From positions 1 through 40,719 of the forward strand of contig JBBIQV010000029.1 in the NCBI GenBank assembly GCA_037442105.1: 40,719 nucleotides of DNA. The letters are read 5' to 3'. The position numbers and the translations under genes are program-made. This document shows, one piece after another, positions 17,961 to 27,121 of the stretch; position 1 is the first letter of the stretch; every line of letters starts with the position of its first letter. The notes under the pieces are model-generated. The model was not told where the DNA came from and made no database searches. It was given only the letters and a program-made list of their open reading frames with translations. Origin of the DNA: Nitrospiraceae bacterium. Lineage in GTDB: Bacteria; Nitrospirota; Nitrospiria; Nitrospirales; Nitrospiraceae.

Positions 17961-18036
17961 GGCAATGGGCAATCGGCTATAAGTGATGGGGAAGAACCTT
18001 GCCCTTCCCATAGCCTCGCGTCTCTAGCCTCTCGCG
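17961..18036. repeat. Heptamer-periodic inverted repeat spacer
   Basis: ggcaatg ggcaatc ggctata ... tagcctc gcgtctc tagcctc tcgcgct, between rny and ymdB. Confidence 0.55.
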
Positions 18037-18037
18037 C

Positions 18038-19603
18038 TTACTTCGCATATTCCACGTACCGGCTCTCTCTGATCACCGTCACCTTGATTTGACCGGGGTA
18101 AGTCAACTCCTGTTCGATCTTCTTGGCGAGGTCTCGCGACAATTGGAAGGATTCCGTATCCGTGATATCTTCCTGCCTCACGATCACTCGAATTTCACGG
18201 CCTGCCTGAATGGCATAGGCCTTTTGAACTCCCCTGTAACCGGTCGCCAACGATTCTAACTTCTCCAGACGCTTGACGTACGATTCCAGCGCTTCCCGTC
18301 TAGCCCCAGGCCTCGCTGCCGACAATGCTTCCGCAGACGCGACCAGCACTGTTTCCGGACAGATGGGCTCCACCTGTTCATGGTGCGCGGCAATCGCATT
18401 CACTACTTTAGGATTCTCTCCGTACTTTTTGGCGATCTCGGCCCCCAACATGGCATGCGGGCCCTCTTCTTCGTGGCTGACCGCTTTGCCGATGTCATGC
18501 AGCAAGGCACCGCGCTTGGCCAGCTTCACATCCAGCCCCAGCTCCGACGCCATGATCCCACAGATGTACGCCGCTTCGCGCGCATGGTAGAGATTGTTCT
18601 GCCCGTAGCTCGTCCGATATTTGAGCCGTCCCAGGACCTTGACCAACTCCGGATGAAAATCGGACAGGCCTACCTCGAAAATGACTTTTTCCGCTTCTTC
18701 GATCATCAGCTTGTCGATATCCGCCTTGACCTTCTCGACGATCTCTTCAATCCGAGTCGGGTGGATCCGGCCATCGTGCATCAGCCGTTCGAGCGAGACC
18801 TTAGCAATCTCTCGACGCAAGGGATCGAATCCCGAAATGATAACGGCTTCCGGAGTCTCGTCTATGATGAGGTCGATCCCTGTGGCCGCTTCGATCGCCC
18901 GGATGTTACGCCCTTCCCGACCGATGATCCTTCCCTTCATCGCATCGTTCGGAATCGGCACGACGGAAATCGTGGCCTCCGACACGTAATCGCGAGTCAC
19001 TCGCTGGATCGAGCGCGCGATGATCTCGCGCGCTTCGCGCTCGGCGTTTTCCTTGGCCTCCTCCACTGTGCGCTTGGCGAGGCCGGCCGCTTCCAACCTC
19101 GCCTGGCTCTCCATCTCCAGCACTAACTGCTTTTTGGCCTCCTCCGCGGTCATCCCGGCGACTCGTTCCAGCGCCTCTCGATGCTCCCTGACGGCCTGAT
19201 CGCACGCAGCCTGCATACGCGACAGCCCCTCTTCCCGCCTGGCTAATTCCTGATCACGTTGCTGAGCCTCTTGTTCCCGCTTCTCTAAGCTCGTAAGCTT
19301 GCGATCCAGCAGATCTTCTCGCTGGGTCAGCCGCTTCTCGACGGCCGAGAGTTCGACAAGCTTGGCCTTCTGCTCCTTTTCAAGCTCTGTCTTGGCCTGG
19401 AAGACGAGATCTTTTGCCTCCAGCTTTGCTTCCTTGAGGAGATTCTCTGCCTCGCGTTGGGCGCTCAACACGAGTTGGCGCGCCTGTTCATCCACTTCCT
19501 GCCGTTTCGCCACCGAGGTCCGCCGGCGCACCAATTCAAAGACGCCGATGCCCACCAGTGCCCCGGCCACTCCGGCCAGAATATAGGCTAATACGCTGAA
19601 CAC
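18038..19603 (-). CDS. rny: Ribonuclease Y
   Basis: N-terminal TM, coiled coil, KH domain (MKGRIIGREGRNIR) and HD domain (LLHDIGK). GTG 19603 preferred. Confidence 0.96.
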   Translation of the reverse strand: MFSVLAYILAGVAGALVGIGVFELVRRRTSVAKRQEVDEQARQLVLSAQREAENLLKEAKLEAKDLVFQAKTELEKEQKAKLVELSAVEKRLTQREDLLDRKLTSLEKREQEAQQRDQELARREEGLSRMQAACDQAVREHREALERVAGMTAEEAKKQLVLEMESQARLEAAGLAKRTVEEAKENAEREAREIIARSIQRVTRDYVSEATISVVPIPNDAMKGRIIGREGRNIRAIEAATGIDLIIDETPEAVIISGFDPLRREIAKVSLERLMHDGRIHPTRIEEIVEKVKADIDKLMIEEAEKVIFEVGLSDFHPELVKVLGRLKYRTSYGQNNLYHAREAAYICGIMASELGLDVKLAKRGALLHDIGKAVSHEEEGPHAMLGAEIAKKYGENPKVVNAIAAHHEQVEPICPETVLVASAEALSAARPGARREALESYVKRLEKLESLATGYRGVQKAYAIQAGREIRVIVRQEDITDTESFQLSRDLAKKIEQELTYPGQIKVTVIRESRYVEYAK

Positions 19604-19668
19604 AATACCCCTCACCCCCTTTGGTGGCCAAAGGACGCGCGTCGGCTCTCGTCGCAATCGGACATTTT

Positions 19669-20122
19669 AATGTAATGTGAGTACGGTGTACCGGTAGGAA
19701 GAGTAGTTGCTATCGGGAACGGGAAGGAAATCAGAATGGTTGGACGTCGAACGCTCTTACCCCGAACATTGGCCGAGACTGGCCAGAACCGGAGGTCGTC
19801 CTCGCGCAGGAATGGTCAACTGCCCAGTTGGCTGTCGCAGGCCCCTCCTCACGATGCACACCGGATCGGCGGTAACGGCCAAATCCCCTAATGTGCACGG
19901 ACTCTCTTCCTCTTGTCGAACCGAGCTTCCTCTATCTATACCGCAAGAGGTTATTACGTGTTCGACCACTTTGGCCATCACCCCGAACAACATTCGCACT
20001 ATCACGGCAAAGAGCATCGATACTTCCACATTCAACACAGCGACAACGCTGTTCGTCATTCTGATCTCGAAACCGTTTCTTCTTCCAATACCTTTTCCGG
20101 TTTATCGCGCACTCATCTACTT
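19669..20122 (-). ncRNA. Large structured non-coding RNA (~450 nt) at the syntenic 6S RNA (ssrS) position; identity as 6S uncertain
   Basis: Nested long-range helices 20108-20115/19678-19685, 20057-20068/19727-19738, 20006-20020/19747-19761, 19970-19985/19867-19883 and 19944-19950/19909-19915. Own sigma70 promoter. zapA-[ ]-rny synteny. No credible ORF. Confidence 0.65.
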
Positions 20123-20128
20123 AAGGGC

Positions 20129-20157
20129 ACGATAACAAAGCCCCGCCTTGATTGCAA
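20129..20157 (-). promoter_or_regulatory. Sigma70-type promoter for the structured RNA
   Basis: TTGCAA - 17 bp - TATCGT with an extended -10 TG. The predicted +1 (~20122) coincides with the 5' strand of the closing helix. Confidence 0.65.
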
Positions 20158-20165
20158 GGCGATTC

Positions 20166-20462
20166 TCATCTGAGAACCGAGGGCGGCATTTGCTCCTCGA
20201 TCGATTCCATCAACGACATCATACGCCGCTCGACGTCCGCTTCGCCCTGTTGTCGCCTCTTTTCGGCCTCAAGAAGCTGATGCGCGAGATTGATGCAGGT
20301 CAGCACCGCCAGTTTCGATAGCGTGGCGGTCTTCATTCCCTGCGCCAACCCACGCATATGCTCATCAATGAAATGCGCCAACTGACGCACATAGACTTCA
20401 TCAGCCTCTCCGCGGATGTTGTACTTCTGGCCATAGATTTCCACTTCGATGGTCTTAGTCAA
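20166..20462 (-). CDS. zapA: Cell division protein ZapA
   Basis: IEVEIYGQKYNIRG...KLAVLTCINLAHQL. TTG 20462 follows GGAGG and overlaps the upstream gene. Confidence 0.92.
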   Translation of the reverse strand: MTKTIEVEIYGQKYNIRGEADEVYVRQLAHFIDEHMRGLAQGMKTATLSKLAVLTCINLAHQLLEAEKRRQQGEADVERRMMSLMESIEEQMPPSVLR

Positions 20463-20709
20463 GCGCCACCTCCTTGGATTCATCCAGGCACTCGATCACT
20501 TCCATCTCGCCCAACACCTTTTCGATGCGTGACTTGATGTCGCTTCGCTCGCGCTCCCACCGGCGATTTGCATCGTCTTGCGCCGCAAGACGCTGGCGCG
20601 CAGCGCGCAACTCTTCCTCCAACGTCGCGTTCGTGCGCTTCAATTCCTGCACCAATCTCACCAATTCCCGAATGCGGGCCTCAAGAGCGTCCAAACGATC
20701 GATGGTCAT
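20455..20709 (-). CDS. zapB: ZapB-like coiled-coil cell division protein
   Basis: Short pure coiled coil (LDALEARIRELVRLVQELKRTN) directly upstream of zapA. Confidence 0.8.
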   Translation of the reverse strand: MTIDRLDALEARIRELVRLVQELKRTNATLEEELRAARQRLAAQDDANRRWERERSDIKSRIEKVLGEMEVIECLDESKEVALD

Positions 20710-20747
20710 GACTCTGGCTCCTCATCAGCCACGACGGATTGTGGCGC

Positions 20748-20776
20748 ACTATAGAAACTTCACTACATCTTGTCAA
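20748..20776 (-). promoter_or_regulatory. Sigma70 promoter of zapB-zapA
   Basis: TTGACA - 17 bp - TATAGT. Confidence 0.7.
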
Positions 20777-20786
20777 GAAACGAAGA

Positions 20787-23078
20787 TCACGAGGCAGGTT
20801 CGCCGAGACGAATGTATTCGCGATAGCTCCGGAGCACACGTTTCACGTACTGCCGAGTTTCCTGATAGGGGATCAACTCCACGAATTCATCAGATTCACG
20901 TCCAAGATTCATCGCCATCCATTTTTGGACCACCACAGGCCCCGCATTATAGGCACTCACTGCCGCAATGATATTGCCGGAGAATTGTTCCAACAATTCG
21001 TCGAGATAGCGCACGCCGATTCGGATATTGGTCTCTTGATCGAAGAGATCATCCCGTCCCACCTCTGGAAGCCCCCAGCGATAAGCCACTGCGCTGGCGG
21101 TCGTCGGCATGAGCTGCATAAGGCCGATAGCTCCGACGCGGGACACCGCGCGTCCGTCGTACTGGCTTTCTTCCCGTATGATCGCCGCAGCAAGGTAAGG
21201 ATCAACCCGCTTCACACCTTGCGCGCGGATAGCAGGCAAGAGGCCGGAGGGATAGGCCACGCCCCAGAGGGAAGAAGCCACCGGGCCTCCGCTCCGCTCG
21301 AGTTTCTCACGAAAATGGAGCCTGGCCAAACGCAGGCCTTGATGGTGAGATCCAACTTCGTTCAGCAGGATCGAAAGGGTAAGCATCACTTCCTGGTCAC
21401 GACCGTACCGCTCGGTTAGGACTGCCAGCTCGCGAGCCGCATCCTGATCCAGCCCGAGAATCTTCAACTCGATGGCCCGCTGGTACGCCGGTTCACGTTC
21501 GACCCCTCGGCGTTTGTCCAGCGGAAGCGCATACATCTCTTCCTGCTCACCATTGACCACGGCGCCGAGGGGCGGAGGAAGATCCGCGCGCTGGCGGCTG
21601 AGCTGGCAGTAGTAGGTGTAGACATAGCGCTGGCAGACGCGACTATAGAAGTCCTTGGCCTTGTCACGACTCGATCGTTCCGTTGCGCGGCCCATCCAAT
21701 AGAGTGCCTGGGGTTCCCACTCGCCATCCTTAAGGTCCACCACATCCTGGAAGGTTGCGATCGCCTCGCGATACCGATTCGTGCGGTACTGAACCCATCC
21801 GACCCGCCAGAGCGCCTCAAGCCTTTGTGCCGCAGGGACTCCGGAATTGGCAATCTGCCGGAAACGGGAGATCGCTTCTTCGAACCTGTGTTCATCTTCA
21901 AGCCAGATACCGGCGAAGAGTTGCACCGTCGCTCGCTGCTCAGCCTTGAGCGTCTTTCCGGTGGACCTGGCTAGATCGAGCAGCTTGTCTCCCTGTCCCT
22001 GCCGCAGATAGACGCGCGCCAGCCACACCGTCGCCTCGTCGGACTCGGAGCCCCCATCCGCGATCAGTTCTCGAAACGTGTCTCGGGCCTGGTCATAGGC
22101 CTTGAGCCGCACGAGGGAGACTCCCAACCGAAGTCTCGCCTCCGAACGACGCGCATGATGCGGGGCCACGGCGAGAAATTTCCGCAACTCTTCGATTGCT
22201 TCCGCATGCAAGGCAAGTCCTAAGTAGGCTTGGGCTCGCGCATAGCGGTCGTCGGGGGACGGCGTCCACGCCTCTCCCCCAAGATTTCCGCTGAGTCGAC
22301 TCTCTGCCTCCCGCGCTTCAAGACTATTCGGGTATCGGATCCAGATCTGCTTGAGGAAGACGCTGCCTTCCGCATACCGCCCTTCACGCTGGTAGCACTC
22401 ATTGAGGCGCATCAGGGCCGAGGGAGCCGAGGGGTCCCTGTCGTTTAGCATGGTCGCTTGGCTCAGCCATTGTGCAGCCCGTATGCAGTCATCGGCCTGA
22501 AACCACGCCTCCCCAGCCCGATACGCTATCCGAACCGACAAATTTGTGTCGGGCACGACCTGGGGGACAGACTCGAACATGGCTGCCGCTTGTGCGGTAT
22601 TGCCCTGTTTCAAGAGCGCTTCCCCCAGCCAGAACCGCACATAATCCTCCAGCACCGGAAAATCGCGCTGCGCCGATCGGAGAAACCTAACCGCCACGGC
22701 AGGATCATGCTCCACCAACAGCACGCCGGAGAGCAGGCCCGCGCGTTTGGCCCATAAAGACGCGGGCTGCCGTTCCATCACGAGATGGAGCCGGTCGAGC
22801 TTGGCGGCCAGTTGTCGTTCACGTTCTGCCGAAGTCGTTGGCTTCTGTTCTCTTATGGCAACCGCCGCACGGAAACACTCTTCGGCTGTTTCGCACGATA
22901 AGGAAGCGACGGAGTCGGCCAGGTCAGGCTCGGCCGCCAAAGACGCCGTGGTGAAAAAACAAAGACATAGAGCGAGAAGTCCTCCTAACATCATCATCAG
23001 AATGCGAAGAGGCAGGTAGCACGATGAGACCATGGCGTTGGTGGGGGTGAGAGACGGCATGGCGTTGCAAATTACCAT
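20787..23078 (-). CDS. Soluble lytic murein transglycosylase with TPR repeats (Slt-like)
   Basis: TPR array, then SLT motifs AIIREES, GAIGLMQLMP and AYNAG. Start uncertain; the signal-like segment begins near MMMLGGLL. Confidence 0.9.
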   Translation of the reverse strand: MVICNAMPSLTPTNAMVSSCYLPLRILMMMLGGLLALCLCFFTTASLAAEPDLADSVASLSCETAEECFRAAVAIREQKPTTSAERERQLAAKLDRLHLVMERQPASLWAKRAGLLSGVLLVEHDPAVAVRFLRSAQRDFPVLEDYVRFWLGEALLKQGNTAQAAAMFESVPQVVPDTNLSVRIAYRAGEAWFQADDCIRAAQWLSQATMLNDRDPSAPSALMRLNECYQREGRYAEGSVFLKQIWIRYPNSLEAREAESRLSGNLGGEAWTPSPDDRYARAQAYLGLALHAEAIEELRKFLAVAPHHARRSEARLRLGVSLVRLKAYDQARDTFRELIADGGSESDEATVWLARVYLRQGQGDKLLDLARSTGKTLKAEQRATVQLFAGIWLEDEHRFEEAISRFRQIANSGVPAAQRLEALWRVGWVQYRTNRYREAIATFQDVVDLKDGEWEPQALYWMGRATERSSRDKAKDFYSRVCQRYVYTYYCQLSRQRADLPPPLGAVVNGEQEEMYALPLDKRRGVEREPAYQRAIELKILGLDQDAARELAVLTERYGRDQEVMLTLSILLNEVGSHHQGLRLARLHFREKLERSGGPVASSLWGVAYPSGLLPAIRAQGVKRVDPYLAAAIIREESQYDGRAVSRVGAIGLMQLMPTTASAVAYRWGLPEVGRDDLFDQETNIRIGVRYLDELLEQFSGNIIAAVSAYNAGPVVVQKWMAMNLGRESDEFVELIPYQETRQYVKRVLRSYREYIRLGEPAS

Positions 23079-23158
23079 TATAACAAAGCAACGATGATCC
23101 CACGACCATGTTCCGCTCTCCTTGTCACTGGAATTTTTGCTGTGTTAGGCTGACTTCA

Positions 23159-24268
23159 ATGGTTACTCGGGTTGCCTCATATCATCCATCGTCACCGTCT
23201 GGTCCGGATCTCCTCAGCCTTGATGAACCCACGCTGGGACAGTTGGTGAAGGAACTGGGCTGGCCCCGTTATCGAACACGGCAGATTCTCCGCTGGCTAT
23301 ACCGGCGACGGGTGCGGGATATACGGGAGATGACGGACCTTTCCCAAGCAGAGAGACAGACGTTAATGGCTCAGGCTTACATTGGAAAAGCTGACAGTTG
23401 CCGTATCCTCTCGTCGGAAGACGGAACCAGGAAGTTCCTTTCCACCTTGGAAGACGGTCTGACTGTCGAAAGTGTCTTGATCCCCGATGACGACCGCCTG
23501 ACGCTCTGCCTCTCGACCCAGGTCGGCTGTACGTTGGATTGCCGGTTTTGTCTCACCGGCACCATGGGGCTCCTGCGCAACCTCCGCGCGCACGAGATTG
23601 TCGGACAAGTCTTGACGGCGCAGGACCATCTCGCACCGATCGAACGGGTGACCAACATCGTACTGATGGGCATGGGCGAACCGTTGGCTAATTTCGACGC
23701 CGTATCGGACGCGATTGCACGGCTGACCAATACCCAGTGGGGACTCGGGTTCTCACCCCGCCGGATAACGCTTTCCACCGCCGGGCTCGCCTCTCGGCTG
23801 GACAAAGTAGCGGCCCTGGGTATCAACTTGGCCCTCTCTCTCAACGCATCGACGGAAGCGCAGCGCGCGCAACTCATGCCGGCCGTGAACCGCTTGCATC
23901 CGCTGCCCACATTGCTGTCCGCATGCCGCCGGTATCCCCTGCCGCCCCGCCGCCGGCTGACGTTCGAGTACGTGTTGCTCGGCGGCGTTAATGACACGGA
24001 AGAGGATGCCCGCCGGTTGACGAAATTGGTGCGGGGCATCCGCTGCAAGATCAATCTCATTCCCTTCAACGAATTTCCCGGCAGTTCGTTCAAATGTCCG
24101 AGCAACGAGTCGGTCACGGCATTCCAGGCCATTCTCCGGCGCGCCGGCATCGACACCTACGTGCGGAAGAGCAAGGGCCGCGACGTGCTTGGTGCCTGCG
24201 GTCAATTGGGGCGCCCCGGCGTGCCGCCCTCTCCGCTCGCCTTGACACACATCGAAGCCCGTTGTTAG
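23159..24268 (+). CDS. rlmN: 23S rRNA (adenine(2503)-C2)-methyltransferase RlmN
   Basis: CLSTQVGCTLDCRFC, MGMGEP, INLIPFN, GACGQL. Confidence 0.95.
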   Translation: MVTRVASYHPSSPSGPDLLSLDEPTLGQLVKELGWPRYRTRQILRWLYRRRVRDIREMTDLSQAERQTLMAQAYIGKADSCRILSSEDGTRKFLSTLEDGLTVESVLIPDDDRLTLCLSTQVGCTLDCRFCLTGTMGLLRNLRAHEIVGQVLTAQDHLAPIERVTNIVLMGMGEPLANFDAVSDAIARLTNTQWGLGFSPRRITLSTAGLASRLDKVAALGINLALSLNASTEAQRAQLMPAVNRLHPLPTLLSACRRYPLPPRRRLTFEYVLLGGVNDTEEDARRLTKLVRGIRCKINLIPFNEFPGSSFKCPSNESVTAFQAILRRAGIDTYVRKSKGRDVLGACGQLGRPGVPPSPLALTHIEARC

Positions 24269-24296
24269 CATGCGTGGCGGTGATGAACGAACGCTC

Positions 24297-25682
24297 ATGA
24301 CTCGACCATTTCCTGCGCGTGAAAGCTCACTCGTTCGAGTGCTCGGTGTTGCCCTCTTCGCGTTCTCCCTGACAACCACCGTTGCTTTCGCCACCGACCC
24401 GAAGGAGTTCGTCCTGTCGAACGGCATGAAAGTCTTGCTGGTCGAGGTGCCCAAAGCTCCTGTGGCGACGATTCAAGTGTGGTACAAGGTCGGATCGCGG
24501 AACGAAGTCATGGGCCGGGCCGGCCTCTCCCACATGCTCGAACACATGATGTTCAAAGGAACCAACAAGTACCCCAATGGCACCTTCTCCCGAATCATTC
24601 GCAAGAACGGCGGCATAGACAACGCCTTCACCAGCCAGGATTTTACCGCCTACTTCGAGAACCTCGCAGCAGATCGGGTTGAACTGGCCCTTGAATTGGA
24701 AGCCGATCGCATGCAGGGACTCCTCCTCGATGCCAAAGAGCTCCAGACCGAACGCGAAGTGGTGAAGGAAGAACGGCGTCTGCGTAACGAGGATGATCCC
24801 CAGGGACACCTGGTCGAATCGCTGTTCGCGCAAGCCTTCATGAGCCACCCCTATCACTGGCCGGTGATCGGCTGGTTCGCCGACCTGGATGCCATGACCC
24901 TGGACGACCTGCAGCGCCACTACGACACCTACTACTCACCCAACAACGCCACCCTGGTGATCGTCGGCGATATCAAGGCCGAGACGCTGATGCCTACCAT
25001 CACCCAACTCTTCGAATCGATCCCGAAAGGTCCCACGCCGAAGCCGGTGACAGTGCTGGAACCGGACCAGCGTGGCGAACGGCGCTTCCTCCTGAAGCGG
25101 GAAGCGCAGGTCCCGTTCGTCATGCTGGGCTACCGCGTCCCGAACTACACCAGCGACGACTCCTATGCGCTGAACATCCTCGAAGCGATCCTTTCTAGCG
25201 GGAAAAGCTCCCGTCTCTACCAGAACCTCGTCTACGATCAAAAACTCGCGATCGCAGTCGGCGCCGAGTACAGCCTCATGCAGGCCGACCCGGGACTCTT
25301 CTACTTTTTCGCGCTCGTGAATCCAGGTCAGAAGGTGGAAGAGGTCGAAGAGGCCTTGCGCAAGGAGATCAGGCGCCTCCAGATCGATCCCCCCGTCGAG
25401 CTGGAGCTTCAGCGGGCAAAAAATCAAATCGAAGCGGCCCATGTGTTTGGGCAAGATTCCAACTTCCGTTCCGCCATGCTCCTTGGCCAAGCGGAGACGA
25501 TCGGTGCCGGTTGGAGGAAGGTGGGGCAATTCTTGGAACGGACGAGGTCCGTGACAGCCAAAGATGTCCAGCGGGTTGCACGCCAGTATCTGCTCGATGA
25601 TGCGCTCACGGTCGGAACGCTCATCCCGCTTCCGGCGGGCAAAGATCAGCCTCTGGTACCAACCACCACCTCAAGACAATGA
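24297..25682 (+). CDS. M16 family zinc peptidase, catalytic subunit
   Basis: HMLEHMMFKGT (HxxEH), NAFTSQDFTAY, signal peptide. ORF open from 24270. Confidence 0.92.
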   Translation: MTRPFPARESSLVRVLGVALFAFSLTTTVAFATDPKEFVLSNGMKVLLVEVPKAPVATIQVWYKVGSRNEVMGRAGLSHMLEHMMFKGTNKYPNGTFSRIIRKNGGIDNAFTSQDFTAYFENLAADRVELALELEADRMQGLLLDAKELQTEREVVKEERRLRNEDDPQGHLVESLFAQAFMSHPYHWPVIGWFADLDAMTLDDLQRHYDTYYSPNNATLVIVGDIKAETLMPTITQLFESIPKGPTPKPVTVLEPDQRGERRFLLKREAQVPFVMLGYRVPNYTSDDSYALNILEAILSSGKSSRLYQNLVYDQKLAIAVGAEYSLMQADPGLFYFFALVNPGQKVEEVEEALRKEIRRLQIDPPVELELQRAKNQIEAAHVFGQDSNFRSAMLLGQAETIGAGWRKVGQFLERTRSVTAKDVQRVARQYLLDDALTVGTLIPLPAGKDQPLVPTTTSRQ

Positions 25683-25741
25683 TTCTGCCATCCTTTCCCG
25701 CCACAAACCAGGTTTGGGTCGCTCCTGCAGCGGCCCATCGC

Positions 25742-27079
25742 ATGAGGAACATCCCTCATCTGTTGTTCGTAGCTATTGCGGTGGGCTTCACCTTGCTGTC
25801 GTCCGTGGCTCAGGCATCGGACATCAACCCGGTGCGGTTCCTGACTGCGAACGGGATCGCTGTTCTGTTCGTTGAGCAACATTATTTGCCCATTGTCGAA
25901 GTCCATGCGTTGCTTAAGATCGGCTCGGCCCAGGATCCCCCGGAAAAGGCCGGCCTCGCCAACTTGGTCGCCAGCCTGTTAGACGAGGGCACTGCGAGCC
26001 GGAGCTCCAAACAACTCGCCGAGCAAATCGATTTCGTGGGCGGCTCCCTTGAGGCCAAGACGTCGGAGGACTTCACGACCGCGTCGGTGCGCGTCCTCAA
26101 GAAAGACCTGGACGTGGGGGTTTCTCTGTTGGCCGATATCCTGCAGCATCCGGCCTTTCACAAACAGGAGTTCGAGCGGATTCGGAATCAAATTCTCGGC
26201 GAAATCGTTAGCGATAATGACAACCCCGGCCATGTCGCGGCAAAGGCCTTCAATCAACTGGTCTTCCATGGGCACCCCTACCGCTGGCCGGTGAACGGCA
26301 CCGAGGACACCCTGCCGAAGATCCTGCTGTCGGACGTCCAGAATTTTTACGCGAAAGAATATCTCCCGAATCAAACGATCCTCGCCGTTGTCGGAGACCT
26401 CACCTACGACCAGGTCAACGCCTTGGTGCAGACCCATTTCAGTTCCTGGAAGAAAGGTACACCGCCGGCGCGGGCGCTCAAAAAGCCCAACCAGCTCGAA
26501 CGTAAGATGGTCCAACTGATCGAGAAGGGCCTCACGCAATCGACCATCATGCTGGGGCATCCTGGGATCAGCCGAACGAATCCGGACTACTATGCCGTGA
26601 CAGTCATGAATTACATTCTGGGAGCCGGCGGGTTTTCTTCCCGGTTGATGGATTCGATTCGTGACAAACAGGGCCTCGCCTACGGAGTAATGAGCCACTT
26701 CGATGCGCGGCTGATGCCCGGCCCCTTTATGGTGAATCTGCAAACCAGAAGCGAGGCGACAAATCAAGCGATCACCGGTGTCCTGAGCGAACTGAAGAGC
26801 ATGCGTGACGCGCCGGTAACCGACCAGGAGCTGGCCGAAGCCAAATCGTTCATTATAGGGAGCTTCCCGCTCCGGTTCGATTCCACGGCGAAGCTCGCGC
26901 AGGTGTTGGCACAAGTCGAGTTCTACGGGCTGGGGCTGGACTATTTTACCCAGTATCCGAAGTGGATCGAGCGGGTGACCAAAGAAGATGTCCAACGCGT
27001 CGCGAAACAGTACCTTGACCCGCAACGCTACGCGCTGGTTGTCGTGGGCGATCTCGCGAAAGCGAAAGTCCACAAATAA
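25742..27079 (+). CDS. M16 family peptidase, non-catalytic partner subunit
   Basis: Lacks HxxEH (GLANLVASLLDEGT) but has SRLMDSIRDKQGLAY (R/Y pair). ORF open from 25679. Confidence 0.9.
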   Translation: MRNIPHLLFVAIAVGFTLLSSVAQASDINPVRFLTANGIAVLFVEQHYLPIVEVHALLKIGSAQDPPEKAGLANLVASLLDEGTASRSSKQLAEQIDFVGGSLEAKTSEDFTTASVRVLKKDLDVGVSLLADILQHPAFHKQEFERIRNQILGEIVSDNDNPGHVAAKAFNQLVFHGHPYRWPVNGTEDTLPKILLSDVQNFYAKEYLPNQTILAVVGDLTYDQVNALVQTHFSSWKKGTPPARALKKPNQLERKMVQLIEKGLTQSTIMLGHPGISRTNPDYYAVTVMNYILGAGGFSSRLMDSIRDKQGLAYGVMSHFDARLMPGPFMVNLQTRSEATNQAITGVLSELKSMRDAPVTDQELAEAKSFIIGSFPLRFDSTAKLAQVLAQVEFYGLGLDYFTQYPKWIERVTKEDVQRVAKQYLDPQRYALVVVGDLAKAKVHK

Positions 27080-27121
27080 GCGTCGCGCGCATCACCACGC
27101 CGGCTTTTTTCTCTCCGTCCG

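Noticed and set aside
19885..19912. GAGGAAGAGAGUCCGUGCAC (minus strand) resembles the RNase P RNA GAGGAAAGUCC motif
   Set aside because: The motif has extra bases, lies mid-molecule, and the 3' P4 partner (AGAACCCGGCUUA-like) is absent. tmRNA-type termini are also absent.
19707..20173. ORFs 19707-20135 (+), 19757-20059 (-) and 19913-20173 (+)
   Set aside because: No recognisable protein features or RBS. The region is better explained by RNA structure.
25979..27073. Long antisense ORFs (e.g. 25979-27073, 33868-34920, 7483-8472, 18380-19126)
   Set aside because: They lie exactly opposite well-supported genes and are typical high-GC shadow frames.
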